64,000 nt of DNA. It comes from Candidatus Sericytochromatia bacterium (GTDB taxonomy: Bacteria > Cyanobacteriota > Sericytochromatia > S15B-MN24 > UBA4093). Positions 45,728-53,302 of this stretch are shown here, one piece after another. The notes below the pieces were generated by a model that saw only the letters and a list, made by a program, of their open reading frames with translations, was not told where the DNA came from and ran no database searches. Position numbers and translations under genes: made by a program. The DNA is taken from positions 128,001 through 192,000 of the forward strand of contig JAKFBU010000041.1 in the NCBI GenBank assembly GCA_036676985.1, given 5' to 3'. Positions within the stretch are counted from its first letter, which is position 1. The number at the start of each line of letters is the position of its first letter.

Positions 45728-46174
45728 ATGGCGACGAGCTTGGACGAGTTGAGCAGGGAGCTGAACCTCAGCGAGAGCGGTCTACGGAAGCGTATCAAGA
45801 GCTTGGGCATAAACGTCGAGAAGGGCGCGCGAGGCAAGTGGCTGCTCACCGACGAGCTGGCCGCCGCCCTCAAGCAGGCCGACCACGCGATGAAGAACGG
45901 TGCGGGCGAGGCTACGATCCGCCGCATCATCGGGTTCGCTCCGGACCAACCCCGGACGCCGGAGCGCACCGAGCACTCCGGACCCCGGACTGAATCCGCA
46001 CTGAACGAGCACCAGGCCGCGAACGCTGTCACCGAAGACAAGACGGGCGATATTTCCCCCGAGCTACAGGCCCTCCACCTCGCACTGAGCACCGCGCACT
46101 CCGGACCATCGCAGTCCGGAGAGGACAGCCCCAAGCTCCTCGACCTCTTGGCAGATGCCCACAAGCGGATCTAG
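45728..46174 (+). CDS. HTH + coiled-coil DNA-binding protein, possibly truncated by an in-frame TAG
   Basis: SLDELSRELNLSESGLRKRIK HTH; heptad pattern continues in frame past the stop. Confidence 0.65.
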   Translation: MATSLDELSRELNLSESGLRKRIKSLGINVEKGARGKWLLTDELAAALKQADHAMKNGAGEATIRRIIGFAPDQPRTPERTEHSGPRTESALNEHQAANAVTEDKTGDISPELQALHLALSTAHSGPSQSGEDSPKLLDLLADAHKRI

Positions 46175-46372
46175 GCCTTGCACGCCGAGAAGGAAGCCGC
46201 CCTGCGAGAGCTGGCCGACACGAAGGCCCTGGTCGACAGCATTCAGGATAAGCCGATAACCTCAAGACCAGGAACGAGGCCCTGGAGGGGAGTCGATGCC
46301 GGTGAGCTTCGTGCTTCCTACTTGGGGTATTATGGTGGAAGCATCCGGAGATTTATTTGGAGGTTTGCATCC

Positions 46373-47038
46373 ATGCTGGTCAGTCATCTTGCGCTTGGAA
46401 GAGCGGTGCTCGCCCTCGCCCTCGTGGGGATCGGTTGCCTGCCAGCACGAGCGATCGTTTACCCCAGCATCCCGGTAAATGCGAACGTCAACGACATCCG
46501 CGCGGCCTTTCCTCGCGCCACGATCGAGGATGTGAGCACTTCGGTGGGATGGCTCAAGGCCAACGAACGCTTGATGTCGATTTCGGGGGGCGGCTTGGGC
46601 GGCACGATTTACGTGAAGATGTCGGACATGCGCCCAATTTGGGAGAAACTGTATCGGGAGGCTGAGGTTGGCTCAAAGGCGGAAGCCTTCTTCGACGAGC
46701 GCAGGCGCTACCCTGAGGACAAGACGTTCCAGACCGATTGGGTCCGGATGAGTTTCGATCGCCCCGTCCCCCTTGCAAACATCGTCGAGCGCTTCGGAAA
46801 GTTTCACAAGAAAGCGCTCCGGAATGACGACTACAGTCGGTATGTCGCGTGGACCTCAGGGCCGAATAATGGCCTGTCGGCTCAGTTGTCAGACGACGGC
46901 AAGAAGGTCGAGTCCCTCGACTACAACCCGACCGCCGCCGAAATCGAGAAGTACCGCTACCTCCTGTGGCGCAAGTTCACACCTGAAGCCGCCCCCACGC
47001 CCGAAGCCATCGAGGAGCCCTCGCCCGAACCGTTGTGA
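46373..47038 (+). CDS. Secreted hypothetical protein (cargo)
   Basis: GGAGG RBS before ATG 46373; signal peptide ending ..PARA; Pro/Glu-rich tail. Confidence 0.65.
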   Translation: MLVSHLALGRAVLALALVGIGCLPARAIVYPSIPVNANVNDIRAAFPRATIEDVSTSVGWLKANERLMSISGGGLGGTIYVKMSDMRPIWEKLYREAEVGSKAEAFFDERRRYPEDKTFQTDWVRMSFDRPVPLANIVERFGKFHKKALRNDDYSRYVAWTSGPNNGLSAQLSDDGKKVESLDYNPTAAEIEKYRYLLWRKFTPEAAPTPEAIEEPSPEPL

Positions 47039-47170
47039 TCCTTTGACCAACAGGAATCCGCTCGGTCCTGATGAAGCGGCGCGTGTCCTCTTACATCACC
47101 CCACTACTACGCTCCGATGCCCAAGCTCCCACCTTGGCCGAGTGGCGCCAATCGTTCGATCGGCCAGAAA

Positions 47171-47205
47171 TCCGAGAAATGCACGTGACACGTGCATTTC
47201 TCGGA
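47171..47205. repeat. Perfect palindrome, 17-bp arms with 1-bp centre
   Basis: TCCGAGAAATGCACGTG-A-CACGTGCATTTCTCGGA. Confidence 0.9.
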
Positions 47206-47476
47206 GGGGGGCGTTGTCTTAATTTGAGGCGTCATTGGTCCATACAGTTCCGCGATTCCCGCGTTAGGCACCAACAAGCGCTTGAGATGTTTTTTAAAGC
47301 CTTACCTCCCCGCTCCAGCAACTGGCATCCGCCGTACGTTTGCATAGTGTCTGCGTTAGATCCTGCCAGGTAGAATAACCCGTAGGCTGCTGCTCCTCGG
47401 TACGCTCGACCGCAAGCATACCGAGGTCTGGCGCTACAAGACCTATCGGCAGGGCCTCAAGTGGGAGGAGCGAATT

Positions 47477-48232
47477 ATGGCTTGCGATGACTCCGAGATG
47501 CCGCATGAGCTTGCGGAGTTTTTCGGCTGGGATACGAAGGATCACCGGACGACGCTGACACTTGATATAACAGCAATCGTGCAAGCGATTGACCAGGACC
47601 CGGACACCCCGCTCAGGCTTCATTTGCCCGATGGGACCTTTCGAACAGATCCTGCCAATATCTGGAACGCCTTCCTCGATCTCTCCCACTTGTTGATTAA
47701 CACCCTGAGCATCCTGATCCCCGAGGCTAACAAGAGGGGATGGGAGGTCTTGCCCTTCAAGTTTGCGGACTTCAACATGGAGGGAGCGATCGGGCTCGAC
47801 AGTCTCCGAGCGATAAACGATCGAGTGCAAGAGGTTCTGGTCGAGAACGGGATCGATCAGGTAATTGAGGCGGATCGGCTGTGGGGCCGTCTCGAAGGGT
47901 TGCCCCTCGCAGAGCCCGATGAGCCGTATAAGCTGGACGCTGAACTCCGATACCTTGAGGAGCTATCGAAGTCAATCGCCAAAGGCATCCTGCGGCCTCT
48001 AATGCACCTCGATCCCCCATGTGCTTGTGGGGCACGCATTTGGCCAACCGTTGGCCGTGACATGCGTTACGGGGGGAAGCCCCGGCTCTGCGATCGCTTG
48101 TGTCCCGATTGCGAGTTAGAGCACCGCCGGAGTGTGAACGCCGAGCGTCAAAAAGCACACCGCAAGCGGAGCAAGGCCAAGGCAGCGAAGCGACTTGCGA
48201 CCAAGCGGAAGCGTGTCACCCCCCACGGCTAA
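47477..48232 (+). CDS. Hypothetical protein with C-terminal Cys cluster and basic tail
   Basis: GGAGG RBS; CACG..CDRLCPDC..ERQKAHRKR. Confidence 0.6.
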   Translation: MACDDSEMPHELAEFFGWDTKDHRTTLTLDITAIVQAIDQDPDTPLRLHLPDGTFRTDPANIWNAFLDLSHLLINTLSILIPEANKRGWEVLPFKFADFNMEGAIGLDSLRAINDRVQEVLVENGIDQVIEADRLWGRLEGLPLAEPDEPYKLDAELRYLEELSKSIAKGILRPLMHLDPPCACGARIWPTVGRDMRYGGKPRLCDRLCPDCELEHRRSVNAERQKAHRKRSKAKAAKRLATKRKRVTPHG

Positions 48233-48484
48233 TTACGCGTCGGCCACGCAGGAGGCCCTGGAACCCGCCTTCCTCTTCCTAAATATGGAATCACCCCAAC
48301 CACGCAAGCAAGGTTCTTTCTAGGGCATCCTCGCGAGCCGCACTCAGAGGGGAGCGAACAAGGCGGGACAATCAAGCTTGGGAAGGAGGACGCGCGTCGG
48401 GGATGATCGAGAAGGAAGTCGCCAAGAGTTCCACTCCAGGCTGGTCTTGACCCACAAGCAGTTTCTAGCAGGCCGCGCGATTAA

Positions 48485-48504
48485 AGTAGGAATAGAGTAG
48501 GAAT
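48485..48504 (+). promoter_or_regulatory. Integrase arm-type sites (right)
   Basis: AGTAGGAAT at 48485 and 48496, same motif and 11-bp spacing as the left end. Confidence 0.75.
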
Positions 48505-48586
48505 CGTGCAAATTTAGGACTGGAGCCAAATCGCCCAGACACCCTGCTTACAACCTCTTTAGCCATCACAAAACCAGTAGGCACCC

Positions 48587-48608
48587 AGTGCTTCTACGGC
48601 ACCGTGCA
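48587..48608 (+). repeat. attR core (displaced original rlmI 3' end)
   Basis: Identical to 35443-35464; continues CAC TAG, the probable original stop. Confidence 0.95.
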
Positions 48609-48633
48609 CTAGGCTCCGGCCCGCACCAACCCC

Positions 48634-48664
48634 GGGGCGCCGCCAGCGACTGGCGGCGCCCCTT
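48634..48664 (+). terminator. Hairpin, probably the original rlmI terminator
   Basis: GGGGCGCCGCCAG / CTGGCGGCGCCCC stem just after attR. Confidence 0.6.
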
Positions 48665-48763
48665 GCCATGGGGCCCTCCGCAAAGGTCCTCTTGTCTCTG
48701 GAACGCGGCGTCCTCCGGAGGTAGGGTCACGGATGGAGTGACGCACTACAAAGGAGGCAAGCT

Positions 48764-49432
48764 ATGGCACGCATGCGAGCCATGCAGTCTGTGTGGTCCA
48801 GTCGATGGCCCGTCGTGGCCCTGCGCGGCGTGTTCGCCGTGATCTTCGGTACCCTGGCGATCCTCTGGCCGGGAGCGACCCTGTTGACCCTGGTGCTCCT
48901 GTTCGGCGGCTACGCCCTCGCGTCGGGCATCCTCTCCGGGATCCTGGCCATCACCAAGCAGCCCCCGCAACCCCGCTGGCTCCTGGCCCTGGAGGCCGTG
49001 CTCGGCGTCGCGGCGGGCTTCGTCGTCTTCACGCAGATGGGCCTCGCGACCGTCACGCTCCTGATGACCATCGGCATCTTCGCGGTCGTCGCGGGCATCT
49101 CCCGCATCGTCCAGGCCATCCGCCTGCGCCAGGAGATCGAGAACGAGTGGGCGCTCGGCCTGAGCGGCGCCGTGACGACGCTGTTCGGTATCGTGGCCCT
49201 CGTCTGGCCCGCCGCCGGCGCGGTGGTGCTGTCGTGGACCCTGGGCTTCATGGCGATCGCCATCGGCCTTTCCGAGATCGCCCTGGGCATGCGGCTGAAG
49301 TCCCTGGGCGAACGCGCCCCGGAGACCCGCCCGGTCCCCGAGGCCGGACGCGTCTGGTCCATGCGCACCGCGGAGCACCCCGAGGTCGCAGAAGTCACGC
49401 GCGAGACGACGGACAGGACGACAAAGCTGTAA
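48764..49432 (+). CDS. HdeD/DUF308 family membrane protein
   Basis: W.VVALRGVFAVIFG.LAILWPG.TL..LVLLFG.YAL; six TM helices. Confidence 0.88.
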   Translation: MARMRAMQSVWSSRWPVVALRGVFAVIFGTLAILWPGATLLTLVLLFGGYALASGILSGILAITKQPPQPRWLLALEAVLGVAAGFVVFTQMGLATVTLLMTIGIFAVVAGISRIVQAIRLRQEIENEWALGLSGAVTTLFGIVALVWPAAGAVVLSWTLGFMAIAIGLSEIALGMRLKSLGERAPETRPVPEAGRVWSMRTAEHPEVAEVTRETTDRTTKL

Positions 49433-49501
49433 GGCCGTGGATGAATTCGCGGCGGGACGGGTAGGAAAGGGCAGGATCCCCCTTCAGGAGCTGCACCCTT
49501 C

Positions 49502-51835
49502 ATGCCTCGTCCCGCCCGTCTTCATGCCTTAGGCCTCGCCCTGGCCCTCGCGCTCACCGGCTGCGCCGGCACCCGCCAGGCCGTCGTCGCCGAACCGGAG
49601 TCCGAGCCCGCCCGCGTCGGGACGGATCGCGTCTACTCGGCGCTCGTCGACGCCCTGCCGGACCCGGCCGCCCGCCCCCTCGAGGGCCGCGTCATCGTCG
49701 TGGATCCCGGCCACGGCGGCCCCGAGTCGGGCACCGTCGGGCCTGCGGGCACCAAGGAGAAGGACGTCAACCTCGCCGTCGCCAAGGCGCTCGCAAGCCT
49801 GTTGAAGCAGGCCGGTGCGCGGGTGACGCTCACGCGCGAGGGCGACACGGGCGTGGCCCCCGCGGGCAGCTCGCTCGCCGACGACCTCAAGGCGCGGGTG
49901 GCGATCGCCAACCGGCTCCAGGCGGACCTCTTCGTCTCGGTGCACCACAACGCCACGCTCGACTCCAAGAAGTCGCTCGAGACCACCGAGACCTACTACA
50001 AGATGGACGATCCGGGCCCGTCGGTGGACGTGGGCGCCGCCCTCCACCGATCGCTCGTGCGCAACCTCCAGCTCCCCAACGAGCGCCTGATGCCCGGCAA
50101 CTACGCGGTGCTGCGCAACGCCCGGGTGCCCGCCGTCCTCGGCGAGGCCTCCTACCTGACGCACCCCGACACCGAGCAGAAGCTCCGCCAGCCGGAAAAG
50201 CAGCTCCTGGAGGCACAGGCCTACTACCTCGGCATCCTCGAGTACTTCGCCAAGGGCACCCCGCGGATCCACGACTTCGCCCCGGTTTCCCAGGGCGATC
50301 CGGCCCGTCCCACCTGGCGCGCCGCCTTCTCGGGCGGCCCCATCGACCCCGCCTCCCTCGCGCTCACGCTCGACGGCCAGCCCGTCTCCGGCTACTTCGA
50401 CCCGGAGGAGCAGACCCTCCTGTTCCAGCCGGACCGCCCGCTCTCCAACGCCACCCACTCCCTGAGCCTCCAGGCTCGCAACGTGGGCGGCAACACCACC
50501 CCGCGCGAGGAGCGGACGTTCGCCGTGAGCCGTCCGGCCGCCGCCATGCGCGGCGAAGTGCCCCTCTCGGCCCTGCCGGAGGATGGCCCCCTGCCCGTGG
50601 CCGTACGGGTGCTCGACGCCCACGGCCTGCCCGTCGCGGACGGCACGGAGGTGAGCTGGACCGTCGCCAACGCCCGGCTCGAGCGCACCAAGACCCTCAC
50701 CCGCGGGGGCCTCGCCACCACCTACGTGGAGTACCCGGGCCCCAAGACGCGCCTGACGGCCGCGACCGGCCAGGTACGGCTCGCCGTGACGCTGCCGACC
50801 CGGCGCCGGGCCATCCTGTCCGGCCGGGTCGAGGGGCCGGATGATGGCCCGCTCTCGGACGTCACCATCGTCGCCCTCGGTAAGAGCGAGAGCCGCATGA
50901 CCAAGAGCAACGAGGACGGCTACTGGTGGTTCGACCGGGCACCGGAAGGCCTCTCGGAGCTGCGCGTGGCCAAGCCGGGCATCCGGAGCCGGGCCTTCGC
51001 GCTCGGCCGTCCCCAGTTCGTGCCCATCGCCGTGCCGGCCTTCACGAGCCCCGAGATGCGGGCGCAGACCGTCTTCCTCAACCCGGAAGGCGGCAGCGAG
51101 GACAAGGACGCCACCCGTCGCAAGCTCGCGGGCTACAACTGGATGGTCGCGGACTTCCTGCGCGGCTACCTGGAGGCCTCGGGCGCCAAGACTCAGCTTA
51201 CGCGCGGCCGCGACGAGAGCCCCTCGGACGTGCAGCGGGTGCGCGAGGCCAACCGGCTGGGCGCGACGCTCTTCGTCACCATCGGCCACGCGCTCAACGG
51301 CCCCCTGCGCACGAGCCACTATCCCTCGAGCGCCAAGGGCAAGCAGATCGCGGGCGACGTCCGCGCGGCGCTCACGCGCGTGCTCGCGGCCACGGGCAGC
51401 ACGGTGGCCGACTCCACCTACACCCTGATCCAGACGACTTGCCCGTCTGTGACGGTCGTGCCCGGCCCGGCCCCCACCACCGATCTCGCGGCGCGCGCGC
51501 GCCGGGCGGCGTACGGCATCTTTCTGGGCCTGGTCCCGGCCCACCCCAAGGCGGCGAGCCTCGAGATCACGCTCGTGAAGGGGGGACGTCCGGTTGCCAA
51601 CGGGAGCACCACCCTCGATCTCCAGTGGCTCGGCCAGACCGATGCCGCCGGAACCTGGCAATACGCCAATCTCGAACCCGGACAGCACTACCTGACGGTG
51701 GCGGACGGAAACAAGACCCGATCCTACTGGATCACGGGCCTCGAAAGCGGCGAGGCGCGCCGCGTCACGCTGGATCTGGACCGCCCCGACCAGCCCGACA
51801 ACCTGGCCAACAAGCAAGGGATTAAGTTACAATAA
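49502..51835 (+). CDS. Lipoprotein N-acetylmuramoyl-L-alanine amidase with a second, degenerate amidase domain
   Basis: Lipobox LTGC; DPGHGG, EKDVNL, SVHHNA, LGEASY; second domain VFLNPEGG..LTRG..RVREAN. Confidence 0.85.
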   Translation: MPRPARLHALGLALALALTGCAGTRQAVVAEPESEPARVGTDRVYSALVDALPDPAARPLEGRVIVVDPGHGGPESGTVGPAGTKEKDVNLAVAKALASLLKQAGARVTLTREGDTGVAPAGSSLADDLKARVAIANRLQADLFVSVHHNATLDSKKSLETTETYYKMDDPGPSVDVGAALHRSLVRNLQLPNERLMPGNYAVLRNARVPAVLGEASYLTHPDTEQKLRQPEKQLLEAQAYYLGILEYFAKGTPRIHDFAPVSQGDPARPTWRAAFSGGPIDPASLALTLDGQPVSGYFDPEEQTLLFQPDRPLSNATHSLSLQARNVGGNTTPREERTFAVSRPAAAMRGEVPLSALPEDGPLPVAVRVLDAHGLPVADGTEVSWTVANARLERTKTLTRGGLATTYVEYPGPKTRLTAATGQVRLAVTLPTRRRAILSGRVEGPDDGPLSDVTIVALGKSESRMTKSNEDGYWWFDRAPEGLSELRVAKPGIRSRAFALGRPQFVPIAVPAFTSPEMRAQTVFLNPEGGSEDKDATRRKLAGYNWMVADFLRGYLEASGAKTQLTRGRDESPSDVQRVREANRLGATLFVTIGHALNGPLRTSHYPSSAKGKQIAGDVRAALTRVLAATGSTVADSTYTLIQTTCPSVTVVPGPAPTTDLAARARRAAYGIFLGLVPAHPKAASLEITLVKGGRPVANGSTTLDLQWLGQTDAAGTWQYANLEPGQHYLTVADGNKTRSYWITGLESGEARRVTLDLDRPDQPDNLANKQGIKLQ

Positions 51836-51946
51836 GGTTGAACCGGGCTTAACAGCGCGTCAAGATCGCCCAAAAAGGCCGCTCGAGCGGTATCTTGGGA
51901 TCTCGCGACGGGTATGGAGAGGTATCCCGGTGCGACTGGAGATCCT

Positions 51947-52687
51947 ATGCTACGCAAGTTGTTGGTGCTGGCCCTGAGCCTCGTTTCCTTTTCGGCGATG
52001 CCGTCGGCCCTGGCGGCTCCCGCCCCCACCGCCAACCCCAACCCCACGTACCAGTACATCCAATCGGTCGCCGGCGTCACCGCCGCCAAGCGCTACGCCT
52101 GGCACATCGAACAGGCCGCCAAGAAGTACCACCTGGACCCCGTGTTCGTCGCCCGCATCATCCGGCTCGAGAGCAGCTTCAATCCCCGCTCCGTGAGCCA
52201 CGTGGGCGCGGTCGGCCTGATGCAGGTGATGCCCTTCCACTTCAAGCACCGCGGCATTCCCCGCTCCAAGTGGATGGAGACCAAGACCAACCTCGATCTC
52301 GGCTGCAAGATCCTCGCCTGGTACAAGGAGCGCATGGCCCGCCTCTACCCCGGGCTCGACCCCCGGGCGCTGCGCCACCGCGCGCTCGTCGCCTACAACA
52401 TGGGCCCCCGGGCGGTGGTCTCGCGCGGCATCTACCGGTCGCGCTACTCCGAGATCATCATGAAGCACTACACGCCGCGCGGCATGCAGGACGCGGCGAT
52501 CGCCAAGGCCGACCCCAAGAAGGCCGCGGCCGAGGCGCTCAACCAGCCTCAGAACGCCACCGAGGTGGTCTTCCAGCAGGACCGGCCCGAGGGCATGCCC
52601 TCGATGGTCGAGATCAACAAGGTGGCCGAACAGGAGATGGTTCAGGGCCCCGAGGAGGCCTCGTCGTCCGTGCGCTTCTTCTGGTAG
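51947..52687 (+). CDS. SLT-family lytic transglycosylase
   Basis: Signal peptide; IRLESSFNP, GAVGLMQVMP, AYNMG. Confidence 0.9.
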   Translation: MLRKLLVLALSLVSFSAMPSALAAPAPTANPNPTYQYIQSVAGVTAAKRYAWHIEQAAKKYHLDPVFVARIIRLESSFNPRSVSHVGAVGLMQVMPFHFKHRGIPRSKWMETKTNLDLGCKILAWYKERMARLYPGLDPRALRHRALVAYNMGPRAVVSRGIYRSRYSEIIMKHYTPRGMQDAAIAKADPKKAAAEALNQPQNATEVVFQQDRPEGMPSMVEINKVAEQEMVQGPEEASSSVRFFW

Positions 52688-53247
52688 CGCGTCAGCCGCT
52701 CGAAACCGTAGGCACACCCTGACAACAGCACCAACCCGCCCATGGCGACCCAGAACAATGGGTCGCCTGGTTTCATGAGGCGATCGCCCAGGAGCACGTA
52801 CAGGAAGTTGCCCGGTGCGGTGCCGATGACCGACCCCAGCAGGTAGGTCCGCACGGGGACGCCCACGATGCCCGCCGCGTAGCTCACGGCGTAGGAGGGC
52901 AGGAAGGGGAAGGCGCGCACGGCCACGACCGTGGACACACCTCGGTTGGCGAGCCGGGCCTCGATGCCCCGCATGCGCAGCTCACCGGCGAAGCGATGGA
53001 CCACGAGACGTCCCGGACCGCGTCCCAGCTGGTGGCAGGCCCACGAGGCGAACAGGGTTCCCATCACCGTCACGGCGAAGCCCTTGGGCACCCCGAACAG
53101 GATCCCCGCAAGCGCCAGGAGCAGGCCGCCCGGGAGGACGGGCACGATCTGCTGGACGACCATCACGGCCGCCAGCGCCAGGGGGGCCCAAGGGCCCGCG
53201 CCCTGGACCCAGCCCCGGATCGTCTCGAGATCGGGCAGGATGCCCAT
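52642..53247 (-). CDS. TVP38/TMEM64 (VTT/DedA) family membrane protein
   Basis: PVLPG..LAGILFG, VRAFPFLP..VSYAAG, YLLGSVIG.APG. Confidence 0.88.
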   Translation of the reverse strand: MGILPDLETIRGWVQGAGPWAPLALAAVMVVQQIVPVLPGGLLLALAGILFGVPKGFAVTVMGTLFASWACHQLGRGPGRLVVHRFAGELRMRGIEARLANRGVSTVVAVRAFPFLPSYAVSYAAGIVGVPVRTYLLGSVIGTAPGNFLYVLLGDRLMKPGDPLFWVAMGGLVLLSGCAYGFERLTRYQKKRTDDEASSGP

Positions 53248-53302
53248 GTTGTCCCTTCCCTCCGTCCAACGGGTCGATCGTACGCGACGGCGGGACGGTC
53301 GG

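Larger units (their letters stand above)
35443..48608 (+). mobile_element. Integrative element (P4/satellite-like genomic island) inserted in the rlmI 3' end
   Basis: att direct repeats, integrase next to attL, xis-primase-DUF3987 module, locally lower GC. Confidence 0.92.

Noticed and set aside
46178-46372. N-terminal extension of the 46178-47038 ORF
   Set aside because: A GGAGG RBS and signal peptide point to ATG 46373; the upstream part fits better as the remnant tail of the preceding HTH gene
35443-48608. Intact prophage or ICE
   Set aside because: No recognisable capsid, tail, large terminase, lysis, relaxase or T4SS genes
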